DNA of 64,000 nucleotides from an uncultured virus (IMG/VR IMGVR_UViG_3300026472_000008) (taxonomy: Duplodnaviria; Heunggongvirae; Uroviricota; Caudoviricetes; Crassvirales): IMG/VR virus record IMGVR_UViG_3300026472_000008, one strand, 5' to 3'. Below are positions 54,247 through 62,481 of the stretch, piece after piece; positions within the stretch are counted from its first letter, which is position 1; every line of letters begins with the position of its first letter. Position numbers and translations under genes: made by a program. The notes below the pieces were generated by a model that saw only the letters and a list, made by a program, of their open reading frames with translations, made no database searches and was not told the DNA's origin.

Positions 54247-54267
54247 ATTATGTCGAATGTATGAGGT
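54247..54267 (-). promoter_or_regulatory. Putative early promoter motif copy
   Basis: + strand ATTATGTCGAATGTATGAGGT. Confidence 0.6.
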
Positions 54268-54681
54268 TTCCTATATAGATTGACGGGGTATTCAATTCGC
54301 TTTACAACACCCCGGGGGTTCTAGGTAGTACCCACCGCCCCATAAATATATAGCCTACTTTCTATACCCCTAGCAAGAGCATGTATATCATCTTATCTAG
54401 TTCCCCTAGTAAGTCTATGTAAACCGGTACAAGTCCCTCTCTTAACAATAAATCAATCACAAATCAATAAAAGATCAATAACATAACAACAATTATCTAC
54501 ATTATATTTATCTGTATCCGATCATATAACATCATTATAGATAGTAGTATTAATTATAGAATGATCTTGATTAGTATCACCAGTATATATAGTGGAATAG
54601 TATAATATAGGATTATTAGATATTAATATATTATATGAATTATTGTTGTATGCTGAACATCAAATGTTTATATTGTGAACA

Positions 54682-55155
54682 TTGAATGTTACTAATGCTA
54701 TTGATATGTCTATTAAACTAAATACAAAAGAAACTGATATAACTGTTTATGATAAGATTAATCTTAATCATGCTAGTGGTAAGCAAATAATCCCTCTTAC
54801 TACTATTATTAGAGGTACTATTAAATCTAATTTAATCAATCTTATTAGTGTTAGTTTAAATCTTAATGATAGTGAAAGAGAATTATATAGAGGTATAATT
54901 GAACATATAGATCATGAATATAATAAAGGTAATGATGTTTCAGATTGTCTTGATTTATATTTTATAACTCATACTGTAGCTGTATTTACAGATAAGAATA
55001 TTGTTACGTATAAAAGAGCTGTAGATACTCTTGTTAGATTGGGAGTTATTACTGTTCCTCATTATCGTAAAGCTAAGATTGTAGATTGTTATAATTGTAT
55101 TCCTATTGATAATGCTGCTAAGTATTTTCTTATTGAAGTTAATACTACTGATTAA
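54682..55155 (+). CDS. Hypothetical protein, possible winged-helix
   Basis: TYKRAVDTLVRLGVI resembles a wHTH recognition helix and wing; start uncertain. Confidence 0.4.
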   Translation: MNVTNAIDMSIKLNTKETDITVYDKINLNHASGKQIIPLTTIIRGTIKSNLINLISVSLNLNDSERELYRGIIEHIDHEYNKGNDVSDCLDLYFITHTVAVFTDKNIVTYKRAVDTLVRLGVITVPHYRKAKIVDCYNCIPIDNAAKYFLIEVNTTD

Positions 55156-55312
55156 GCTATTATTGTAATTTTAAACTATTATTGTAATTTACATTGTACT
55201 GTGTATGTTGTTGTTTGTGGAGATAGTATTACTATTAGTGAGTGTAATAGGTGGAGTAGATGGTGATAATATTATATATCATTCGTATATTACTACGTAA
55301 TATACTCATAGG

Positions 55313-55372
55313 GCGCGCATACACGTACACACACGTAGGCGTACACACGTGCATATACACACACGTGTGTGC
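55313..55372. repeat. Alternating purine-pyrimidine tract (CA/CG/TA)
   Basis: GCGCGCATACACGTACACACACGTAGGCGTACACACGTGCATATACACACACGTGTGTGC. Confidence 0.8.
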
Positions 55373-55601
55373 GAGATATAACAGTATTACTTATACTCGT
55401 ACTCGTACATATAATATATTTGCAACTAATACTATTAATAGTTATACTCGTAGTAATATTAATCTTAATAATACTAATGATATGAATGAGACTATTAAAC
55501 TTAAAACTGGTGGTGCTACAGTTATCACTATCCGTTAAGATGTTCCTGAATTAAATGTTAAAACAATTATTGATTGTCAAATTAAATTAAAAAGAAAAGT
55601 T

Positions 55602-56189
55602 ATGTTAGAAGTTAGAGGTACAGATAAAAGCTTTAGTATTAATTTCCCTACTAGTCTTAGTGAGTTAACTCCTGAAGTTTTAGGTGCTCTTACAGAGAAT
55701 ATTGGATTGCCTCCTAATTATTGTGTTATAGCTTTATGTTTTGAACCAAGACTATTAGATCTTGCTACTGAGATTAGAGCACAAAAAGCAGGTAATGCTA
55801 CTGTTAATATTCTTAATGCTAAGATTAGTCCAGAAGATTCTGAAAGAGTTAAGAGTAAAGTTGGTCAAAAGATTATAGCTGATAGAACAGATGTAGAAAG
55901 AGGTAGTCATGTTAATGTTCCAACTCTTATTGCTAATAAGAATGTAATTGCTTACATGGGTAATGATCAACATTTACTTACAACTATCATTAAAGGTAAT
56001 CCTGATGGAGCTCCTACTGATGATAAAGTTCGTGATAACATGGTTAAAAATAAAAATAATACTGTTGTTATTGTTGAATTTAAAATTATTCCAATTAATG
56101 ATATCAAAGGTTCTATTGATATCGATACAAGTATCATTGATCCTTTCAAACTTAAACATGCTACTAAGACTAGTAAGCTAGTTAATTAG
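55602..56189 (+). CDS. Hypothetical protein (late module)
   Basis: 195-aa ORF with ATG after an A-rich leader. Confidence 0.65.
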   Translation: MLEVRGTDKSFSINFPTSLSELTPEVLGALTENIGLPPNYCVIALCFEPRLLDLATEIRAQKAGNATVNILNAKISPEDSERVKSKVGQKIIADRTDVERGSHVNVPTLIANKNVIAYMGNDQHLLTTIIKGNPDGAPTDDKVRDNMVKNKNNTVVIVEFKIIPINDIKGSIDIDTSIIDPFKLKHATKTSKLVN

Positions 56190-56238
56190 TATTCTAATAA
56201 TATGCGACAAAGCTGTAATGGTCTAATTGTCTTTGCTA

Positions 56239-56255
56239 TCCCTCTACAGGCAAGG
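56239..56255 (+). repeat. Dispersed motif copy 15 (intergenic, upstream of the HU/IHF-like gene)
   Basis: TCCCTCTACAGGCAAGG. Confidence 0.95.
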
Positions 56256-56322
56256 TTCAATTATCTATTACAGCTTTTATTATTTACGTAATGTTAAATG
56301 TGGAGATCAATTTAATTATAAT

Positions 56323-56826
56323 ATGGAAGATGTTGATATTGATTACACTATTGCTATTAGGAAACAAGCTGATATTGTATCCGAACTTACAGATGATCCT
56401 ACAGAAAGACTAATCTTTGAATCTATTATTGATGGTATAGAATGTACCGCAGCCGAAACTATTAATGCTAATAAAATTGCTCAACTTCCATCTATAGGAT
56501 GTATTCGAAAAGATCCTGTTAAACAAGCTATTAGAAATAACTATAGTAATTTTAAATTAGCTAAACAAAATCTTAGTACTGAACAATATAAAGATTATTC
56601 TCGTGAAATAGTTTTAGATGTTAAGATTAAACAAGAACGAGAAGATAAATATAAAGCTTTTGTTAGAAGTGTTAGAAGTAGGAATAAAAAGAAGTATGAT
56701 AAAATATATACTACATTAGGTAGAGCTTATGCTGAAATGTTTATATATTCTATGCTTTGTTTTAGTGAAGTTCCTTATGATGCTGAAGTACAATATGCTT
56801 ATGATAGATTAAATAACTTATTGTAA
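56323..56826 (+). CDS. HU/IHF-like DNA-binding protein (divergent)
   Basis: IFESIIDGIECTAAETINANKIAQLPSIGCIRK resembles the HU/IHF helix2-beta1-beta2 segment. IHF-like genes occur in crAss-like packaging modules. ATG 56323 is preferred over TTG 56227. Confidence 0.5.
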   Translation: MEDVDIDYTIAIRKQADIVSELTDDPTERLIFESIIDGIECTAAETINANKIAQLPSIGCIRKDPVKQAIRNNYSNFKLAKQNLSTEQYKDYSREIVLDVKIKQEREDKYKAFVRSVRSRNKKKYDKIYTTLGRAYAEMFIYSMLCFSEVPYDAEVQYAYDRLNNLL

Positions 56827-56829
56827 TAT

Positions 56830-57444
56830 ATGAAAGGTGGAAAACTAAGTGTAGAAAAGTTTATTACTATTGATAATACTGGTTATCCTAGACCTCCTGA
56901 TGTTCGTCAGATTCAAGATAAAGATATACTTGAGCTTTGGGCTAGAGATAAAACTCCTGATAAAAGAAAGTATATGGCAGAAGCTGGTGTCATATATTAT
57001 ATGGGAGATCCTAAAAGTCCTCCTAAAGAAAGAGGTCTTAGTGATAGAGAATGTCTTAAAGAAGCTATTCAAAATTATAATCTTAGTTCTGATTACGTTC
57101 CTGATCTATTAGTTAATAGATTGATTAAGAAATATTATATTAGTAATATAACAGAAGCTGGTGTTGTACTAGAGTCTTTACAAAGGTCTATACATCTTGC
57201 TTCTATTGCTACTACTAGAATAAATGAATTTCTTAATAATAAACTAAGTGGAGCAGTTAGTGATGAAGACATTGATGCTATTCTAGATAAAGTAGATAAA
57301 GTTAATAAACGTATTGTTGAAATACCTGGTCTTACTCAAGCTCTAGGTAAAGCTTATGATAATCTTAAAAATGAAGAAGAACAACAAATGGGTAGAGGTA
57401 AACAATCTGTACTTAGTTCTATGAATGCTGATGAAGATGATTAA
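56830..57444 (+). CDS. Helical protein upstream of terminase (small-terminase candidate)
   Basis: Position and helical C-terminus only. Confidence 0.4.
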   Translation: MKGGKLSVEKFITIDNTGYPRPPDVRQIQDKDILELWARDKTPDKRKYMAEAGVIYYMGDPKSPPKERGLSDRECLKEAIQNYNLSSDYVPDLLVNRLIKKYYISNITEAGVVLESLQRSIHLASIATTRINEFLNNKLSGAVSDEDIDAILDKVDKVNKRIVEIPGLTQALGKAYDNLKNEEEQQMGRGKQSVLSSMNADEDD

Positions 57445-57459
57445 TAATATTTAAATAAT

Positions 57460-58455
57460 ATGCACTTAAGAGATAAACGTTATGATGAAGTTAGACTAAT
57501 CTTTAGAGAAGAGGGTCATACTTATACTGATACTTTTGGTAACAGTTATTTGTCTATGACTACTTGTCTTGGTAGATACAAAGAGAAGTTTGATAAAAAG
57601 TACTGGCTTCGTAAGAAATCTAAAGAACTTGGTATTAGCGAAAAACGTTTAGAACAACAGTGGCAAACTATTACTGATGAAGCTTGTTCTCGTGGTACTA
57701 AGACTCATGATGGAATTGAGAATGGAGTACGAGATAATTCTATGTTTAAAGAAGCTGTTAAGTATCTTAAACGCGATGAAGGTGATATGATTACTGTAGC
57801 TGATATTCCTAATCTTAATATGCATATTAAACAATTAGATATTAAAGATTTTATTGAAGCTACTCAAAATAAATATCCTGAAATATATTCTGTTCTACAA
57901 TGGTATATTGAGAGAGATTATAAAATCTATGCTGAGATTGGTGCTTTCCTAATTGACTTTCTTTTATCTGGTATGATTGATTTACTTCTTATTAGAGAAG
58001 ATAATTTTCATATTGGTGATTGGAAAACTAATAGAGGAGGTCTTATATTTGAGTCTGGATATTATAAGAAAGATAAGGAGCAAAAACCTAATCAAACTAC
58101 TGATATTTGGATACCTAAAGATGAGCGTATGTTAGCTCCTTTAAATCATATTCAACATTGTAACGGTAATGCTTATACTTTACAACTTAGTGGATATGCT
58201 AATATGGTAGAAAGAATACTTGGTATTCCTTGTAAAGGATTATGGCTTGCTCATATTGATTCTGATTTTGTTCTTAATGAATATGGAATGCCTAAGCGTT
58301 TTCCTGATGGTCTTTATCATATTAAAAGAGAACCAGTTGAGAAAGTTACTCTACATAAAATTCCTTATTGGAGAGATGATTTTAATCTTATTCTTGGTGA
58401 TAGAATTAAAGAGGTTGATGCTACTAGACTAAGAAGTCATACATTATTTGATTAA
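57460..58455 (+). CDS. PD-(D/E)XK nuclease
   Basis: FREEGHTY, RGTKTH, GMIDLL...IGDWKTN, YTLQLSGYA. Confidence 0.85.
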   Translation: MHLRDKRYDEVRLIFREEGHTYTDTFGNSYLSMTTCLGRYKEKFDKKYWLRKKSKELGISEKRLEQQWQTITDEACSRGTKTHDGIENGVRDNSMFKEAVKYLKRDEGDMITVADIPNLNMHIKQLDIKDFIEATQNKYPEIYSVLQWYIERDYKIYAEIGAFLIDFLLSGMIDLLLIREDNFHIGDWKTNRGGLIFESGYYKKDKEQKPNQTTDIWIPKDERMLAPLNHIQHCNGNAYTLQLSGYANMVERILGIPCKGLWLAHIDSDFVLNEYGMPKRFPDGLYHIKREPVEKVTLHKIPYWRDDFNLILGDRIKEVDATRLRSHTLFD

Positions 58456-58467
58456 ACTATAAACATA

Positions 58468-58896
58468 ATGGGTAATAAATTAAAAATTGTACTACTAGTA
58501 TTAGTTAGTGTTTTAACATTCAATATTGTTGGATGTAAATCTAGTTCTGATCGTATTCATGATAGACTAGATTCTATTACAGTTGATAGTTCTTCTGTTG
58601 ATACTGCTACTAATAAATATGATGCTGATGCTCAATTATTTGAATTATCTAGGGATCATTCTATTGCTCTTGATTCATTAGAGTCTATTAGAAATAAAGT
58701 TGATTCTTTAAAATTACAACTTGGTAAAGTTATTAAAACTAAAGATTCGGTTGTAAAAGTTAATATTACTAATAAAGAAAAACTTGCTGTAGCAGAGTAT
58801 AAACTTCTAAGAATACGTGAATATAATCGTATTGCTGGACAAGGTAATAATATTAAGTTTCTTCGTGGTTGGATTATTCGTACTCTTAATCATTAA
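58468..58896 (+). CDS. Lipoprotein (lysis-module associated)
   Basis: Signal peptide with lipobox IVGC, coiled coil. Confidence 0.6.
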   Translation: MGNKLKIVLLVLVSVLTFNIVGCKSSSDRIHDRLDSITVDSSSVDTATNKYDADAQLFELSRDHSIALDSLESIRNKVDSLKLQLGKVIKTKDSVVKVNITNKEKLAVAEYKLLRIREYNRIAGQGNNIKFLRGWIIRTLNH

Positions 58897-58899
58897 ATT

Positions 58900-59130
58900 A
58901 TGGAAGGATATAAAATATATAGTCATAAGTTTGAAGGTAGAGATAGATATGGTAATGATCATGTTTCTTATACTTATCAAATAACATTAAACCGTTCTAC
59001 TGAACATACTCAAAGACTTTGGAATGGTATTGAAAAAGGTTTAGATATGTACGAAAAGTATGAGAATACTAGTAATCCTATTAAGAAATGGTTTATAAGA
59101 TGGTTCATGGGTTATCCTAAAAGGAAATAA
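58900..59130 (+). CDS. Hypothetical protein
   Basis: Operon-packed ORF. Confidence 0.5.
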   Translation: MEGYKIYSHKFEGRDRYGNDHVSYTYQITLNRSTEHTQRLWNGIEKGLDMYEKYENTSNPIKKWFIRWFMGYPKRK

Positions 59131-59131
59131 T

Positions 59132-59584
59132 ATGATTAATAAATTCTATTTAAATTCACTTAAACGTGTAGGTATATCTGAAGCTGGGTATGCTAATGAT
59201 AAAGATGATACTGGTGGTGAGACTTATGCAGGTTTTAGTATAGTTAATAATCCTGATCTTAAAATGTGGGATATTATACATAATATTATTAAGTCTATGG
59301 GAGGTCTTAAAACAGAGGCTGATGTAGACAAACTTAATAAAACTTTAAAAGTTATTCCTGCTGTTCAAGATGAGATTGCTCTTGCTTACAAAAAGAGATA
59401 TTGGGATCCTATTCAATTAGATCTTCTTAATAGTGAAGAACTTGCTCATCAAATATTTGATATGGCTGTTAATGCTGGAGTACCTCTTGCTATTAGTTTA
59501 GCTTATGAGTTAGTTGGACTTCCTAAATCTACTAAATATACTTCTGCACTTGGTACTAAACTAAAAGAATATGGAGTTGAGTAA
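59132..59584 (+). CDS. Endolysin, glycoside hydrolase family 108
   Basis: EAGYANDKDDTGGETYAG, YKKRYWD, IFDMAVNAG. Confidence 0.9.
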   Translation: MINKFYLNSLKRVGISEAGYANDKDDTGGETYAGFSIVNNPDLKMWDIIHNIIKSMGGLKTEADVDKLNKTLKVIPAVQDEIALAYKKRYWDPIQLDLLNSEELAHQIFDMAVNAGVPLAISLAYELVGLPKSTKYTSALGTKLKEYGVE

Positions 59585-59870
59585 AAGTAATTGGGTATGG
59601 TTATGCTTAGGTGTACTAATAGGAATGTTAATTATTGTTATGATGAATGAACATTTTGGTGTTAACGGAGAATTACCTACACAACCTGATACAACCTATA
59701 ACAAAGTTAAACTCGATAGTATTAATATTCAAATAGGTAAACGTGATACTACAATATATAACCTTAAAATTAAACTTAAAGATGATGTTGAAAGGAGTTA
59801 TCAGCTTGATGATAGTGCTGCTGTTAAGTTGTTCAAACAACTTGTTACACAGTCAGATACTATCAAGTAG
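59571..59870 (+). CDS. Inner-membrane spanin-like protein
   Basis: N-terminal TM plus coiled coil, immediately after the endolysin. Confidence 0.5.
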   Translation: MELSKSNWVWLCLGVLIGMLIIVMMNEHFGVNGELPTQPDTTYNKVKLDSINIQIGKRDTTIYNLKIKLKDDVERSYQLDDSAAVKLFKQLVTQSDTIK

Positions 59871-60207
59871 TTCTGCTGTTCCCTCTACAGGCAAGGTACT
59901 ACAATCAGATACAAGTAAAGTAATTATTCCAATTGCTTTTTTACGTGATGCTAATGCTAAACTTATTGAACGTATTTATCTCATTAAGATTAATAAAGAA
60001 CAAGATAGTATTATTAAATTAAATAAATTATATAACATTGAACAGTCTAATATTATTAAAGACTTTCAAGGTAGAGTTGTTAATTTAACTAATGATAATA
60101 ATCGTCTTAAATTATCTAATGATAAATATAAAAGAGCTAATAAAACTCTAGCTACTATAGTAGGTGGAGCAATTGTAACTGTAGCTGGTATTCTATTTCT
60201 TAAATAA
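59782..60207 (+). CDS. Overlapping lipoprotein/spanin-like protein
   Basis: MMLKGVISLMIVLLLSC lipobox-like start overlapping the previous gene out of frame; coiled coil; C-terminal hydrophobic helix. Confidence 0.5.
   Translation: MMLKGVISLMIVLLLSCSNNLLHSQILSSSSAVPSTGKVLQSDTSKVIIPIAFLRDANAKLIERIYLIKINKEQDSIIKLNKLYNIEQSNIIKDFQGRVVNLTNDNNRLKLSNDKYKRANKTLATIVGGAIVTVAGILFLK
59876..59896 (+). repeat. Dispersed motif copy 16
   Basis: CTGTTCCCTCTACAGGCAAGG. Confidence 0.95.
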
Positions 60208-60219
60208 TATACTTTTAAT

Positions 60220-62460
60220 ATGACAGGTTATCCTTTTTTAGACTTTATTAATGAAGATAAGTCTCACTATAAGACTGCAAGAGAATGTGGATATGTTGAT
60301 GATGATGACTTATTTCTTGTTGGAGAAAGTGGAGGATTTCTATTAAATATTGATCCTAGAACTAAATTTATTAACACTCATCTTTTACATGAAGTTGCCG
60401 ATTATCATAGAGAACATAAAACATATACTAATGCTAAGATTGATTCTGTAGCTCATAGACAATTTCGTAAACGAGAACAACATCGTAGAAAACACGGTTA
60501 TAGTGCTCCTTGTTTATTAATGCCTGATGGAAGTATCAAAACTATTAGAATTACTGGTTCTCATTATAATTTTATTAATTATGTTAAGATTGAACAATTA
60601 GATGAGTCTACTATTAATAGAGGGAATACTAATACAGCGTCTAAAACTCAAGACTTTCCTAAGTTTATAGATAGTCAGTATTGGACTTTCCATATTATGG
60701 AGTTTGCTCAAAAGAATGGTTTCCATCTTCTTATTGATAAAACTCGTCGTGGTGGTTTCTCTTATATGATGGCCAGTGATAGTGCTAATGAAGTTAATGC
60801 TAATCCTAAGAAAGTTGTTATACATGTTGCAGAAGATAAGAAATATCTTCTAATGACTGGAGGTCTTACTGACTTTGCCACTAATAATCTTAAATACTTT
60901 GAACAAGTTACTCCTTTTGTTCGTGGTGTATTTAGTCCTGTTGCTTCAGATTTTAAACTTGGCTATAAACTTCCTAATGGTACAGAAGCTGCTAATAGTT
61001 GGGGTAGTGCTTTGATTTCAGTATCTGCTTATAATAATAATAACTGCGCTATTGGTAAAGATGCTGTTAAGATTAAAGTAGAAGAGATTTCTACTATGGA
61101 GAATTTTGATGGCTTTATGGAAGTTACTGAACCTGCTATGCGTACAGGTGCTTATACTACTGGATGTTTACATGCTTGGGGCACTGCAACTTCTGGTAAT
61201 ATGATGGTGTTCGAACAGAACTTCTATAATCCTAAAGCTTATAACTTTATGCCTTTTGAAAATGTGTGGGACAATGATGTTCGACATGAAGTTTGTGGTT
61301 ACTTTAAACCTTATTGTTGGGGACTACAAGGTGAGTATAAAGGTAATATGGGAATGGATGCTGATGGTAATAGTAATATTCTTGTAGGTTTACAAATTGC
61401 TAAAGTTGAAAGAGAACATAAGAAAGCAAACGTTAAGAACTTTGCTGAATATATTAATTATCTAGGTCAGTATGCTAATAAACCTTCTGAATCTTTTAGT
61501 AATGCTTCTGAAAATATATTTAGTTCTGATGAACTTAATGAGTGGGAAAATAAACTTAAAATAGATTCTACTTATAAGTTCTATATTGATGGAATGTATG
61601 AGATAGTTGATAAGGTTGTTACTTTTAAAAGTAATGCTAGATTAATTCAAGAGGGTAAGAAAGTTTATGATTATATAGTAGGTGTTCCTAGAAGATCTCA
61701 TGAAGATCCTCATGGATGTATCCGTAGATGGTTTGCTCCAGAACATGTAATTGAGACTGAAAAGAACGGTATAGAACGTAAGGTTATTCCTCCTGGTTTA
61801 TATGTTATTAGTTATGACCCTGTTGGTATTGATAAAGAGAAAAAACAAATAACTAGTAAACACTCTCATAATAGTATTAAAGTTTGGATGATGCCTCATT
61901 ATCTTAATGGGTATAAACCTAAACTTGTAGCTTGTTATTATGGACGTCCTGATAAATTAGAAGAAGCTGATTGGATTTGTTATCTTCTTGCAGTAGCTTA
62001 TAATTGTGAAAAAAATGTTCATGCTGAGGTTAACAGGGGTGAGACTGTAAGTAACTTTAAAAAGTGGGGAGCGTTAAAGTATTTAGCTTTTGAACCATTG
62101 TTTGTATGGGATGCTAATGTTAAGGAAAAATATAGTTCTAGTTATGGTTATGTTATAACTGATGGTGGTCGTAAGTTAGATGCTCTTCGATTACTAAAAG
62201 AAATGCTTTATGAAATAATTGGCAAAGATGAGAACGGAAAACCTATTAGGATGTTTCATCGAATATTTGATTATCAATCTATTTCAGAACTAAAGAAATG
62301 GCGTAATGAGGGTAACTTTGATAGAGTTTCTGAAATGCTACTTATAGGTATTGTTTGGAAAGCTGTCGATGTTGCTGCTAAAATGCTATTAGAAAATAGG
62401 CCTGATTTAACGGCTAACAATATTGATGATAATGATATTCTAAATAGACCTTGGTTCTAA
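60220..62460 (+). CDS. terL: Terminase large subunit
   Basis: DKTRRGGFSY (Walker A), IKVEE (Walker B), WGT, nuclease-domain SYDP and FDRVS; precedes portal. Confidence 0.9.
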   Translation: MTGYPFLDFINEDKSHYKTARECGYVDDDDLFLVGESGGFLLNIDPRTKFINTHLLHEVADYHREHKTYTNAKIDSVAHRQFRKREQHRRKHGYSAPCLLMPDGSIKTIRITGSHYNFINYVKIEQLDESTINRGNTNTASKTQDFPKFIDSQYWTFHIMEFAQKNGFHLLIDKTRRGGFSYMMASDSANEVNANPKKVVIHVAEDKKYLLMTGGLTDFATNNLKYFEQVTPFVRGVFSPVASDFKLGYKLPNGTEAANSWGSALISVSAYNNNNCAIGKDAVKIKVEEISTMENFDGFMEVTEPAMRTGAYTTGCLHAWGTATSGNMMVFEQNFYNPKAYNFMPFENVWDNDVRHEVCGYFKPYCWGLQGEYKGNMGMDADGNSNILVGLQIAKVEREHKKANVKNFAEYINYLGQYANKPSESFSNASENIFSSDELNEWENKLKIDSTYKFYIDGMYEIVDKVVTFKSNARLIQEGKKVYDYIVGVPRRSHEDPHGCIRRWFAPEHVIETEKNGIERKVIPPGLYVISYDPVGIDKEKKQITSKHSHNSIKVWMMPHYLNGYKPKLVACYYGRPDKLEEADWICYLLAVAYNCEKNVHAEVNRGETVSNFKKWGALKYLAFEPLFVWDANVKEKYSSSYGYVITDGGRKLDALRLLKEMLYEIIGKDENGKPIRMFHRIFDYQSISELKKWRNEGNFDRVSEMLLIGIVWKAVDVAAKMLLENRPDLTANNIDDNDILNRPWF

Positions 62461-62481
62461 CAATTTAATAATAATTTTAAT

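Noticed and set aside
55260..55538. 92-aa ORF over the RY tract
   Set aside because: Low-complexity T/H/Y/R translation of a dinucleotide-alternating tract; probably spurious.
39265..62460. Introns or inteins in polB, helicase or terL
   Set aside because: ORFs are uninterrupted and of ordinary length, with no intein C...HN or LAGLIDADG/HNH motifs seen.
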